Assembly: GCA_913052565.1 (NCBI GenBank)
Contig: CAJXFH010000003.1
Coordinates: 6,702-70,701 of the forward strand
DNA length: 64,000 bases
Source of the DNA: an uncultured Gammaproteobacteria bacterium
GTDB taxonomy: Bacteria > Pseudomonadota > Gammaproteobacteria > Magnimaribacterales > TMED112
Reading direction: 5' to 3'
Within the stretch, counting starts at the first letter, position 1. The number at the start of each line of letters is the position of its first letter. The position numbers and the translations under genes are program-made. The notes beneath the pieces were generated by a model. That model was not told where the DNA came from and ran no database searches. It saw only the letters and a program-made list of their open reading frames with translations. Below are positions 21,333 to 31,120 of the stretch, one piece after another.

Positions 21333-22550
21333 TTAATGGTGTACCCACTCCACTTTTTCAAGATCTACACCATCTAAATACATATCCCATAGTGGTGACA
21401 GCTCTCTCAACTGCTTAACAACTTTCTTTGCTGTTTGTGCGACCATTTTAACCTCATCTACGGTGGTAAATCTACCAAAAGAGAAACGTATTGAACTGTG
21501 TGCAAGCTCATCTGGTCTGCCGAGAGCCCTTAAAACGTATGATGGTTCTAAGCTGGCTGATGTGCAAGCTGAACCAGAAGATACAGCAACATCCTTCAAA
21601 GCCATTATCAGTGATTCACCCTCAATGTAAGCAAAACTGACATTTGTGATATTTGGAACTTTATTTTTAAAGCTACCATTTAAGACAATCTCTTCAATGT
21701 CTGATATCTCTTGCCAAAATATTTCTGATAATTCTTTTATTTTTTTATTATCTGACTCCATTTCTTCAGCGGCAATTTTAAATGCTTCACCCATACCCAC
21801 AATTTGGTGGGTAGGTAATGTGCCAGCCCTAAATCCTCTTTCGTGGCCACCGCCATGGAGAAGTGCTTCAAGCCTTACTCTTGGCTTTCTTCTTACATAC
21901 AAGGCACCTATTCCTTTTGGACCATATGTTTTGTGGCCTGAGAAAGACATCAAGTCTACTTCTAAATTTGATAAATCTATTGGTAATTTTCCGGTGCTTT
22001 GTGCAGCATCAACATGGAATATTATCTTATTTTCTCTTGTGAATTTTCCTATCTCTTCAATATCATTTACTGCCCCAAGCTCATTATTAATGTGCATTAT
22101 TGATATAAGAATAGTGGAATCTTTGACGTGTTTCTTGATATTTTCGAGGGAAATCACTCCGTCTTCATCTGGATCAAGATAAGTTATTTCAAATCCCTCT
22201 CTTTCAAGTTGTCTGCAAGGGTCAAGTACAGCCTTATGCTCGATTTTTGAGGTAATTATGTGGTTTCCTCTATCTTTATAGAATCTTGCTGCTCCTTTTA
22301 TTGCTAAATTGTCTGATTCTGTAGCTCCTGAAGTCCAAACAATCTCTCTTGAATCAGCATTTACAAGGTTTGCAACTTGCAATCTTGCTTTTTCAACTGC
22401 TTCATCTGCTTTCCATCCAAACTCATGTGATCTAGATGCTGGATTACCGAAATTTCCATCTAGCAGAAGGCATTCATGCATTTTATCTGCAACTCTTGGA
22501 TCAACAGGAGTTGTAGATGCATAGTCGAAATATACTGTTTTATTCTTCAT
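21333..22550 (-). CDS. iscS: Cysteine desulfurase IscS
   Basis: 405 aa with the PLP-Lys in [10 protein letters not shown] and the active-site Cys loop SSGSACTS. Confidence 0.95.
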   Translation of the reverse strand: MKNKTVYFDYASTTPVDPRVADKMHECLLLDGNFGNPASRSHEFGWKADEAVEKARLQVANLVNADSREIVWTSGATESDNLAIKGAARFYKDRGNHIITSKIEHKAVLDPCRQLEREGFEITYLDPDEDGVISLENIKKHVKDSTILISIMHINNELGAVNDIEEIGKFTRENKIIFHVDAAQSTGKLPIDLSNLEVDLMSFSGHKTYGPKGIGALYVRRKPRVRLEALLHGGGHERGFRAGTLPTHQIVGMGEAFKIAAEEMESDNKKIKELSEIFWQEISDIEEIVLNGSFKNKVPNITNVSFAYIEGESLIMALKDVAVSSGSACTSASLEPSYVLRALGRPDELAHSSIRFSFGRFTTVDEVKMVAQTAKKVVKQLRELSPLWDMYLDGVDLEKVEWVHH

Positions 22551-22591
22551 GTTCTTTAATTATAAAATAATGTAGTGTCTTAGACTAATAT

Positions 22592-23305
22592 TTAAATACT
22601 AATTCCAAGTTTGTGGGCCACAATTTGATAAGATTCAACAACATCTCCAAGATCTTTTCTAAATCGATCTTTATCAAGGCTTTCGCCTGTTGCTTTGTCC
22701 CAAATTCTGCAACCATCAGGAGTGAATTCATCACCGAGCACAATATTGTGATCGCTTCGACCAAATTCGACTTTATAATCAACTAAGATAAGGCCAACTC
22801 TATCAAAAATTTCACATAACAAATCATTAATAACTAATGTTTTTTCTTTCATGATTTTTATTTCTTTTTCTGTTCCCCAACCAAAAGCAATAATGTGATT
22901 ATCATTGATTAATGGATCGCCCAGATCATCATCTTTTAGGAAAAATTCAAATAGTGGTTGATCAAACTCTAAGCCTTGCTCAACACCTAGTCTTCTGCAA
23001 ATTGAACCAGTTGCTATATTTCGAACTACGCATTCTACCGGCAACATATCCAAACGCTTAACCAAGCTCTCTGTTTCATTTACTGTTTCTATAAAATGTG
23101 TATCTATTCCGTTTTCAGAGAGGTATTGCATGATGTGTGCATTAAATTTATTGTTTATTTCACCTTTGCCTTTAAGAGCCTCTTTCTTCTTACCATCAAA
23201 AGCAGATGTATCATCTCTATAAACCATTAGCAGCTCATCATTCTTTGATGTCTCATACAATGATTTTGCTTTTCCTTCTGCTAATAAATTTTTCTTATCG
23301 ATCAT
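22592..23305 (-). CDS. purC: Phosphoribosylaminoimidazole-succinocarboxamide synthase
   Basis: 237 aa of the SAICAR synthetase family (GKAKSLYET, VDYKVEFG). Confidence 0.93.
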   Translation of the reverse strand: MIDKKNLLAEGKAKSLYETSKNDELLMVYRDDTSAFDGKKKEALKGKGEINNKFNAHIMQYLSENGIDTHFIETVNETESLVKRLDMLPVECVVRNIATGSICRRLGVEQGLEFDQPLFEFFLKDDDLGDPLINDNHIIAFGWGTEKEIKIMKEKTLVINDLLCEIFDRVGLILVDYKVEFGRSDHNIVLGDEFTPDGCRIWDKATGESLDKDRFRKDLGDVVESYQIVAHKLGISI

Positions 23306-24288
23306 GATAATGACTCATTAATAATATCAACTAGCTCATCAACTGAAAATTCTATATCAGATAGCTTTTTAAACTCTAGGATGGTGTTGTCACCTGATTC
23401 TGTAAATATTAATTCGTAATCAGCTTCAACATCTTCACTCACATTATTATTAAAAGGATTCTGGCCCCTAAATAAATCGACAAAGAAACCTTCTTGCTGT
23501 TCTTCAAGTTTAATTTGAATATACTTAAGCTCTCTGTTTCTGTCAGCAACTACCAATCCTGCTTTGTCTACAGCTCTTGAAAGAGCTGACCATGTTCTGT
23601 CATAAGGCAATCTAAATTCAATACCAATTTCTTTTTTTACATAGACGATTCTTGCTTTTTTATTGAGATTTAGGCCTTGAGCGGCAATTGAATTTCCCTC
23701 ATAACCGGGAAGATTCAATGAAATGTAAGCTGCTAATTCTTCAAAAGACTCTAGTTCTAGACTTTTATTATCATCATCTAGTAGATAAATTTCAGAACTA
23801 TTATTTTTTATTCCATGCTCAAGGGTGATATCAAAAAAGTTGTTCTTTTCTGCCCTAATTTTACCTATTGATGGGTCTTCATTAACCAAATTATAGTTTG
23901 ATTGTGCGAGATAATCTTTGATTAATGGCCAGGACTTTGAAGGTAAAGCTTCAACATAAATCCAATAAATTTCTCCTAACCTTCGAACTTCAACATTTTC
24001 TGAGCCAGTAGATGAAAAGATTTTCTTTGGACGAGGAAGTTCTCCCTCTTTTAAAAAGCTTTGACCTTTTGCTGGAATTGGGAATTCGTTAACCACCTCA
24101 AGAGAATCCAACTCGTTTCCAGTATTTAGTTCTTCGCCTTCCTCTACATATCTCTCATTTGGATTTGGTCTCCCCTCCAATAAGCAGCCATTTTCTGGAC
24201 AATAAGGTTTTCTACTTTCAGGGATAGTGCAATTTTGCAGCACTAAGACACTAACTAAGATTATGCTAAATATTTTTATAAACTTCAT
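23302..24288 (-). CDS. bamC: Outer membrane protein assembly factor BamC (NlpB)
   Basis: 328 aa with lipobox VLQNC. BamC-like segments are present (SWPLIKDYL, YDRTWSALSRAVDKAGLVVADRNR). It keeps the conserved dapA-bamC-purC order. Confidence 0.7.
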   Translation of the reverse strand: MKFIKIFSIILVSVLVLQNCTIPESRKPYCPENGCLLEGRPNPNERYVEEGEELNTGNELDSLEVVNEFPIPAKGQSFLKEGELPRPKKIFSSTGSENVEVRRLGEIYWIYVEALPSKSWPLIKDYLAQSNYNLVNEDPSIGKIRAEKNNFFDITLEHGIKNNSSEIYLLDDDNKSLELESFEELAAYISLNLPGYEGNSIAAQGLNLNKKARIVYVKKEIGIEFRLPYDRTWSALSRAVDKAGLVVADRNRELKYIQIKLEEQQEGFFVDLFRGQNPFNNNVSEDVEADYELIFTESGDNTILEFKKLSDIEFSVDELVDIINESLS

Positions 24289-25126
24289 AAATTTTTTCTC
24301 TATATTCCTCAGACAATGGGTGCAAAGGTAGTCTTAAATTATTCTCTAGTAAAGACATTTTTTCAAGCAGGTATTTACATGGACTTGGACTGGCTTCAAC
24401 AAATAAGAGTTCAAACAACTTTGAATATCTTTTTTGTAAAGTCTCTGCTTCATCAAATTTATGGTTTAAGCATAAATCAGATAAATATTTCATTTCCTTT
24501 GGCATTACATTAGCTGCAACAGAAATAATTCCATCACCTTCGTATTTCATAAAATTAACAAAGGTTGGGTCATCTCCTGATAGTAAAATGAAATCAGTTC
24601 TATTCTGTTTAACTTTTTTTAGTTCCATAAATCTTTCTGAAGTGTTAACTGCTTCTTTTATACCTGTAATATTCTTATTTTCAGCAAGTTTTGATGTGGT
24701 ATTAGGCAATAAATCTACACCAGTTCTACCTGGCACATTATATAGAGTTATTTTTGCCTCAGTTTCACAAAGTGCATTGAAATGAAGCTCAAGTCCTTTT
24801 TGTGAAGGTTTGTTATAATAGGGAGTAACAGCAAGACAGTCTTTGATGTTGTGATTTAATGCTAATTCTATTAGCTCTATTGATTCTAATGTAGATGAAC
24901 TTCCAACCCCAGCCATCAAAGGTAATGTTGTCTCATTAGAGCAGAATGAAAATATTTCATTTCGCTCCTCTTTTTTCAAAGTAGCAGACTCACCTGTAGT
25001 GCCAACTAGCACTAGTCCATCTGTTCCTGATTCTTCGTGAAATAAAAGTAAATTCTTAAATGAATCAAAATCTACATCACCATTTGATTTCATAGGTGTA
25101 ACTATTGCAGCTATACTTCCTTTCAA
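24266..25126 (-). CDS. dapA: 4-hydroxy-tetrahydrodipicolinate synthase
   Basis: 286 aa with GSIAAIVTPM, VGTTGES and GIKEA. The TTG start is supported by the conserved N-terminus and an AGGA 9 nt upstream. Confidence 0.93.
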   Translation of the reverse strand: MKGSIAAIVTPMKSNGDVDFDSFKNLLLFHEESGTDGLVLVGTTGESATLKKEERNEIFSFCSNETTLPLMAGVGSSSTLESIELIELALNHNIKDCLAVTPYYNKPSQKGLELHFNALCETEAKITLYNVPGRTGVDLLPNTTSKLAENKNITGIKEAVNTSERFMELKKVKQNRTDFILLSGDDPTFVNFMKYEGDGIISVAANVMPKEMKYLSDLCLNHKFDEAETLQKRYSKLFELLFVEASPSPCKYLLEKMSLLENNLRLPLHPLSEEYREKIYEVYKNI

Positions 25127-25150
25127 AATATTTTTTCCTATAATCTAAAC

Positions 25151-25609
25151 ATGAATGATAAAACAAAAGCACCAAGTTTTTTAGGTTTAGTAGAGGAAAA
25201 TGAGCATTTAAGTCTAGATGACCTTAAGGGCAGTTATGTAATAATTTACTTTTATCCGAAAGATAAAACTTCAGGCTGTACTATTGAGAGCCAAAACTTC
25301 AGAGATTTTAAATCAAAATTTGCCAAGAAAAATTGCAAAATAATCGGAGTATCAAGAGATTCAATCAAGTCGCATAAAAGCTTTATTGAAAAAGAGGCAT
25401 TAAATTTTCCACTGATATCAGATCCTGAGGAAGAGATGTGTAATGCATATGGTGTTATGAAAGAAAAGTCTATGTATGGAAGGAAGTATATGGGTATTGA
25501 AAGAAGCACATTTTTAATTGATCCTCAAGGTATGCTCATAAAAGAATGGAGAGGTGTAAAAGTTCCAGGTCATGTAGAGGAAGTCTACAAATTCTTATCT
25601 GAATTATAA
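25151..25609 (+). CDS. bcp: Thiol peroxidase / bacterioferritin comigratory protein (peroxiredoxin)
   Basis: 152 aa with the peroxidatic Cys in KTSGCTIES. The bcp-dapA neighbourhood is as in other gammaproteobacteria. Confidence 0.9.
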   Translation: MNDKTKAPSFLGLVEENEHLSLDDLKGSYVIIYFYPKDKTSGCTIESQNFRDFKSKFAKKNCKIIGVSRDSIKSHKSFIEKEALNFPLISDPEEEMCNAYGVMKEKSMYGRKYMGIERSTFLIDPQGMLIKEWRGVKVPGHVEEVYKFLSEL

Positions 25610-25612
25610 GTT

Positions 25613-26635
25613 TTAAGAGTCGACGTATTTCCAGTTGTCCATCAATGATTTGATGAAACTCGCAAGAGGAACTGCAAAAAATACTCCCCATATGCCGAAT
25701 ATTGCCCCAAATAAAAATACCGATAACAGCACTACTACTGCAGGAAGTTTAACAACTCCTGACATTAGAAATGGCAGAAAAATATTGCCATCAATGTTTT
25801 GAAGCATCGCATAGCAGAAAAGTATGAACAGAACATAAGGATCAAGACCAAATTGAGCAAGACTTACTATTGCAACTGGAAAAGTCATAAAAACTGGTCC
25901 AAAGAAAGGTATCAGTTGGCTTAATCCAAAAGTAACTCCTAATAAAACTGGGCTATTTACACCTAAGAGCCAAAACATTAAGCTCCCAAAAACTGCCACA
26001 ACAAATACCTCGATAAATTTAGCTTTGAAATAACTTTGAAAATTTTGATTTGTCTCTGTCCAAACTTTAGCTAAAAATTTTCTTTTTTTGGGCACAAGTT
26101 TTGAGAAACCTGAGGACAAAGTATCAGTATCCCATAACCAAAAAAATAGAAAAATCGGTACCAAAATGATGCTCAGAAATAAATTTGCTGTGTCCTGTAA
26201 TCGTGAAATTCCGAAAGATACTGCATCAGAAGCAAATCCACTTATATCACTTAGAAAGCTTTGGGCTCCTTCTATTGATTCATTTGGTGCGTTAACTTCG
26301 CCAAGAAAAGAGATTATTGGTTCAGAGATTATGCTCAAGCTTGGCAACTCACTAAGATATCTATTAGCTTCGTTTATAAATAATGGTATGAAAATTAATA
26401 AAAACAGTGTTGCCAATAAAACAGCAATTAAAAAAGTTACAAACACACTCAATCTTTCTGGAATGCCAATTTTTGTGAAATAAACATGCATTGGTCTAAA
26501 TAGAAATGCTAGAACAATACTGGTGAGAATCGGAGCTGATAAGTCTCCAACAACCCACAGGGCAAAAAATCCAACAAGCATTACGGATACCAAAAACATT
26601 ATTTGTTGGTTTTTGATTAAATTATTTAATCTCAT
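25613..26635 (-). CDS. perM: AI-2E family (UPF0118) transporter, PerM-like
   Basis: 340 aa polytopic membrane protein. It is divergent from the bepA homolog, as perM is in E. coli. Confidence 0.65.
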   Translation of the reverse strand: MRLNNLIKNQQIMFLVSVMLVGFFALWVVGDLSAPILTSIVLAFLFRPMHVYFTKIGIPERLSVFVTFLIAVLLATLFLLIFIPLFINEANRYLSELPSLSIISEPIISFLGEVNAPNESIEGAQSFLSDISGFASDAVSFGISRLQDTANLFLSIILVPIFLFFWLWDTDTLSSGFSKLVPKKRKFLAKVWTETNQNFQSYFKAKFIEVFVVAVFGSLMFWLLGVNSPVLLGVTFGLSQLIPFFGPVFMTFPVAIVSLAQFGLDPYVLFILFCYAMLQNIDGNIFLPFLMSGVVKLPAVVVLLSVFLFGAIFGIWGVFFAVPLASFIKSLMDNWKYVDS

Positions 26636-26688
26636 TTTTTATTGAATCTTCTTATAAAATACCTATCAAATAATTATAGTTAACTCTT

Positions 26689-28107
26689 ATGATTAAAAAA
26701 ACAATTGTTTCTCTTCTCGCTTTGTTGTTGGGATTAAATAATTTTGCTCAAGAAAGCAGTATCGAACTCCCATTAATAGGTGATAGATTGAGTGGCGCAG
26801 TATCTCAAACTGAAGAGGAAGCACTTGGCCGTCAATTCTTGAGGGATCTAAAAAGACAAACAGCCATACTATATGATCCAATTGTACAGGAGTGGACAGA
26901 GCTATTTATCTATAAAATTGGAGAACAAAGCAAAGTAAGCAAAAAAGCTTTTGAAGTAATATTAATTGAGGATAACTCACTGAATGCTTTTGCTGCACCA
27001 GGAGGCATCATAGGTGTTAATGCTGGGTTATTTAAATATGCAGAAAATGAGGCACAGTTTGCTTCAGTAATATCACATGAGCTAGCTCACATTAGTCAAA
27101 GACACTTTGCAAGACAAGTACTGGAAGGCAGTGACAGAAGCAATGCAAATCTAGCAACAATCCTTGCTTCAATCGTTGTGGCAGTAGCATCAAGTAGTCC
27201 TGCAGCCATCATTGGTGGTCAGGGGATCCTGGCAACTCAACAATTAAGATTTTCAAGATTATATGAAACTGAAGCAGATCGAGAGGGTTATGTAACACTT
27301 CAAAAAGCTGGATACGATACTGTCCAAATGTCTGAAATGTTTAAAAATATGCAAGAAGTTAGAAGATTATCAGGCGACAATATTCCAGAATTTCTTCTGA
27401 CTCACCCTATTACAACTAGGAGAATTACTGAATCCAGAGAGAGAGCAAGAGAATTTCCAAGTCCAGGCATCATTGATAGTCTAAATTTTAAATTAATTAA
27501 AAAAAGAGTTAGATACCTAATGACTGACAATTTGTCTATACGATCTATTGAAAAGGAAATTGGAAATAAAGATGAGGATATCTACTTTCGTGCACTTATT
27601 GAAATGAAGAAATTAAATTTTTCAAAATCAATAGAACTTTTGACTAATCTTGAAGAAAAGTATCCAGATAATTTAATAATTAAGACAACTATAGCTGAAA
27701 TTTATACAGAATCTGGAAATGTCAGAAAAAGTAAAGATTATACAAACAAACTGCTTTCAGTTTCTTTAGGAAACTATCCTTTGAGCTATAACCTTGCAAA
27801 TGCTTATATGCTTGAGGAAGATTTTATTGCAGCTGAACAGATACTAGAAGATATTAAATTTTATCGTCCAGTAGATATAAACCTGCTGAGAGATTTGAGT
27901 GAAGTACAAAAAAGAAGTAATAACTTATTAGGCTACCACTTAACTAATAGCGAGTTTTTGTTTTATTCAGGAAGATATGAAGAAGCATTAAGAGATCTTC
28001 AAGAAGCTAGGAGAATAGCTCAGAATAATTTCAAAATAAGGGAAATTATTACTGAGAGAATTCTTATTCTACAATCTTATGTCCAACCGCAAAGAAGAAG
28101 GTCTTAA
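26689..28107 (+). CDS. bepA: Periplasmic M48 metalloprotease with TPR domain (BepA/YfgC-like)
   Basis: 472 aa with a signal peptide, the zinc motif HELAHISQRH, a downstream ETEADREG and a C-terminal TPR-like region. Confidence 0.8.
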   Translation: MIKKTIVSLLALLLGLNNFAQESSIELPLIGDRLSGAVSQTEEEALGRQFLRDLKRQTAILYDPIVQEWTELFIYKIGEQSKVSKKAFEVILIEDNSLNAFAAPGGIIGVNAGLFKYAENEAQFASVISHELAHISQRHFARQVLEGSDRSNANLATILASIVVAVASSSPAAIIGGQGILATQQLRFSRLYETEADREGYVTLQKAGYDTVQMSEMFKNMQEVRRLSGDNIPEFLLTHPITTRRITESRERAREFPSPGIIDSLNFKLIKKRVRYLMTDNLSIRSIEKEIGNKDEDIYFRALIEMKKLNFSKSIELLTNLEEKYPDNLIIKTTIAEIYTESGNVRKSKDYTNKLLSVSLGNYPLSYNLANAYMLEEDFIAAEQILEDIKFYRPVDINLLRDLSEVQKRSNNLLGYHLTNSEFLFYSGRYEEALRDLQEARRIAQNNFKIREIITERILILQSYVQPQRRRS

Positions 28108-29012
28108 CTATTCTGAGAATAAAATTTACTTATACTTTCAAAGACTTTTTGTCTTTCTAGTTCTTGAAAGGGTTCATGTCTCATATTCTTAAAAACCCTA
28201 AATTCTGATTTAAAACCTGTTTGAATTAGAAGATTGTGTATTTCCTCTGCTTGTTTGCCGTGTGCATTCACAGCATCTTTATCTCCGGTCAATAAATAAA
28301 AAGGAATATTTTCATCCATCATTCCAAAAGATTTTTTTGTCCATAAATTAATGAATCCGTTTGCCAAATCCTGCCACATTTGAGTAGTTTTCTTGAATCC
28401 ACATAAAGGGTCAGCAATATACTCATCGACTGACTTTTGATCTGATGAAAGATAATCATGTGTCGTTCTGTTGGGTTCAAACTCAGCATTTTGTTTGATT
28501 GTTGTTAATTTTTCCATTTCATCACTTAACCCTCTTTTTCCTTTAATAATATACTCAGGCCAAATCAATAATTTATTTAGGTACATAAGAAAGGGATTTA
28601 TGCTAAATGCCGCACTAAGAACCACTCCATTAAAAAAAATATTTCGTTTTAAAAGAGATATTATCAAAGCAGTGCCTAGACTATGACTTATTACATAATG
28701 ATTAAGAGTAGGATGATTCTTTCTGATTTCACTATTCATTTCTGCTAATTGATCTATTACGGCCTCATAACCATTTTCTTCAAGAAAGAACCCTCTTAGC
28801 TTACCGTCCGTAATGTGTAGGCCATGGCCTAAGTGATCTGAGCAATAAACTATATAGCCTCTTTCATTAAAATATTTTGCGGTTTCATGATATCTTCCAT
28901 GATATTCAACAAGACCATGGATTATTTGAATAGTGCCAATGGGATTGTCTACATCATCCCAAACCATTCCTCTTAAATTGCCATGTTCGCTTGGCAAAGA
29001 GATTTCTTTCAT
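28104..29012 (-). CDS. Alpha/beta hydrolase, lysophospholipase / monoacylglycerol lipase-like (Hydrolase_4 type)
   Basis: 302 aa with HGLVEYHGRY, the nucleophile elbow SHSLG, the acid motif GDKD and a C-terminal His (MRHEPF). Confidence 0.7.
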   Translation of the reverse strand: MKEISLPSEHGNLRGMVWDDVDNPIGTIQIIHGLVEYHGRYHETAKYFNERGYIVYCSDHLGHGLHITDGKLRGFFLEENGYEAVIDQLAEMNSEIRKNHPTLNHYVISHSLGTALIISLLKRNIFFNGVVLSAAFSINPFLMYLNKLLIWPEYIIKGKRGLSDEMEKLTTIKQNAEFEPNRTTHDYLSSDQKSVDEYIADPLCGFKKTTQMWQDLANGFINLWTKKSFGMMDENIPFYLLTGDKDAVNAHGKQAEEIHNLLIQTGFKSEFRVFKNMRHEPFQELERQKVFESISKFYSQNS

Positions 29013-29677
29013 TCTTTTAAAATTTTTGTATAGCTTTCAAAATCTTCTCTATTTGTTCTAAAGCTATTTGCTGGATCTTCACTATCTTCGTATCCAAGAG
29101 CAATTCCACACCAAAGAATCTCATCGTCTCCGTAACCAACATGCTTCTTAATTAACGAAGGAAATCCTGCCCATGCTTCTTGTAAGCATGTAGCAAGACC
29201 GGCATCTACAGCAGCTAAACAGATATTTTGTATAAAATGTCCAACGTGGCCCCAGCCGTTCGGCCCAACACACTCATTTACTGTAATGAATATCCCAACA
29301 GGTGCACCGAAAAATTCATAATTTTTTCTTGCTTGTTTCATTCTTTTTTCTGTATCTTCTCTTTTTATATCAAGAGCATCATAAAGTGCGAAGCCGGCAC
29401 CTCTTTGTCTTGCTTTATACCAGTCTGGTCTTTCGGATGGGTAAACTTGATAAACTTCCTTTTCAATCTCACCTTTGTCAAAAAGCTCGCATGCTTCTTT
29501 AACTAAGTTATCTCTTGCTTTATCGCATAATACGTATACCTTCCATGGTTGCGAATTAACTCCTGATGGCGCTCTCTTTGCTAATTCAAGAATTTGTTTA
29601 ACTGTTTCAATATCTACTTTTTTTTCTAAATAAGCCCTTGATGAGTATCTTTTTAGAATCGCATCTTTAAGTTCCAT
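29009..29677 (-). CDS. Nitroreductase family flavoprotein
   Basis: 222 aa with RYSSRAY and APSGVNSQPW, typical of the FMN nitroreductase fold. It has an ATGA overlap with the downstream hydrolase. Confidence 0.8.
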   Translation of the reverse strand: MELKDAILKRYSSRAYLEKKVDIETVKQILELAKRAPSGVNSQPWKVYVLCDKARDNLVKEACELFDKGEIEKEVYQVYPSERPDWYKARQRGAGFALYDALDIKREDTEKRMKQARKNYEFFGAPVGIFITVNECVGPNGWGHVGHFIQNICLAAVDAGLATCLQEAWAGFPSLIKKHVGYGDDEILWCGIALGYEDSEDPANSFRTNREDFESYTKILKE

Positions 29678-29734
29678 AACTTCCTCTATGATTGACTGTT
29701 GATTATAACCCCATTAATTAAAAAAATTTTACGG

Positions 29735-31120
29735 CTATTGGGTTTTAAGATTTCTGATAATTTGTCTATGAGTTTTTCTGTCAATTTCATATTTAAAAAA
29801 AATGGTTACAGGAATTAAGAATAATAAAAATACTAAAGGTCCTTGAAAAAGAGCGAGCAGTTCTGTTTGTGCATTTGAAGGCTCAATATTTCCCTCTGGA
29901 AAGCCTATTAACCATAAGGCAAACATTGAGAAAAACTGACCTAAACCTGTCATACATTTAGCACAAAAAGATGTAACTGAGCTAATTGTTGCATCTTGCC
30001 TTAATGATGAATTGCTTTGCACTTGATCAATTATATCTGGAACCATAGATTCTCTTATCATCAGGCTCAATAAAGAAAAAGTACCAGTAACAAAGATAAA
30101 AAATGATAAAAATAACACCAAACTTTCAGAACCTAGATCAGGTGCATATCCAATTTTATATAAAATGAAGGGAGTCGCTTGAAATACTCCAATTAAAATA
30201 AGGCAAAAAATTATTATCTGATTTTTTTCAAAATAATGAACAACCCGAGGTGCCAGATACCAACTTATGAGTGTTGAAGCAAAATAAATTTTTATAAATT
30301 CTTGAATCTGCAACGGACTTAAATCCCAAAATTCTGTTTGTGTAAGAAATGTCAGGCTATTTGCTAAACCCCAAGCCAATTGGATAGTTATGGAGCCTAG
30401 GAGAAAAATTATTATAGATTTATTTGTATAGATAAATCTTAATTCAGATAAGATCTGATCTAATTTATTGTGAATCGTGTCAGCTTTTGGCCATACATAA
30501 AGTTCTGGTATTAAGGATTTGGTCCCAATGATTGATATCATGCCAAGTGCAAGCATCATGACTGAACCAATTACACCCACAAGACCCCAAGCTGCCTCAT
30601 TATCAAGACTGATCATAGGCAGAATGAGAAATGAATGGGATAGCGCAATTAATGACTGAAATCCCTCTCTTAAGGACATAATTGAGGCTTTATCCTCATA
30701 TGTATCAGGTATTTCTGCAGCCAAAGCTCGATGCGGAATATCAAATAAAGTTACGAAAAATCTAGTCAGAACAGCAAAAATTAAAAGCCAAAAAAATAAA
30801 AAGAATTGTGATTCTGCCCAGCCACTGTCTGGGTAAAACAATAAGTAATAGGAAATAGATATCGGTAATAGCGAAATAAACATTAGAAAATGCCTTCTAC
30901 CGTATTTAGTTTTCAATCTATCTGACAGTACCCCAATTAAAGGATCAGTAATAGCATCAAAAAAAAGTGCAATTAATAAAGCCAGACCTGTTAGAAGAGG
31001 ACTAAGACCAAGAACAGTTAGATAATAGGCTCCTAAATACCAGACAAAGAAATCGGTTTTAATAGCATTAACACCACCACCAAGGCCAAAACAAATTTTT
31101 TCAAATAAGTTAATTTTCAA
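29735..31120 (-). CDS. Glycoside-pentoside-hexuronide (GPH/MFS_2) family cation symporter, substrate unknown
   Basis: 461 aa with about 12 TM helices and the GPH signature DAITDPLIGVLSDRLKTKYGRRHF. Confidence 0.75.
   Translation of the reverse strand: MKINLFEKICFGLGGGVNAIKTDFFVWYLGAYYLTVLGLSPLLTGLALLIALFFDAITDPLIGVLSDRLKTKYGRRHFLMFISLLPISISYYLLFYPDSGWAESQFFLFFWLLIFAVLTRFFVTLFDIPHRALAAEIPDTYEDKASIMSLREGFQSLIALSHSFLILPMISLDNEAAWGLVGVIGSVMMLALGMISIIGTKSLIPELYVWPKADTIHNKLDQILSELRFIYTNKSIIIFLLGSITIQLAWGLANSLTFLTQTEFWDLSPLQIQEFIKIYFASTLISWYLAPRVVHYFEKNQIIIFCLILIGVFQATPFILYKIGYAPDLGSESLVLFLSFFIFVTGTFSLLSLMIRESMVPDIIDQVQSNSSLRQDATISSVTSFCAKCMTGLGQFFSMFALWLIGFPEGNIEPSNAQTELLALFQGPLVFLLFLIPVTIFFKYEIDRKTHRQIIRNLKTQ

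Noticed and set aside
21646-22182. Long antisense ORFs inside strong genes: 21646..22182 (iscS), 15138..15644 (der/bamB), 26088..26483 (perM), 7282..7659 (sucB), 1193..1558 and 1595..1879 (acyltransferase), and 6154..6459 (lpdA).
   Set aside because: Their composition is Ser/Leu/Ile/Phe-rich and low-complexity. They have no recognisable motifs, and they are fully embedded opposite genes with unambiguous homology. I regard them as non-coding.
29702-29707. A perfect TATAAT (minus strand) 24 nt upstream of the nitroreductase ATG as a promoter call.
   Set aside because: I found no acceptable -35 or TG extension, and the AT-rich background makes a lone hexamer weak evidence. It is mentioned here but not annotated as a feature.
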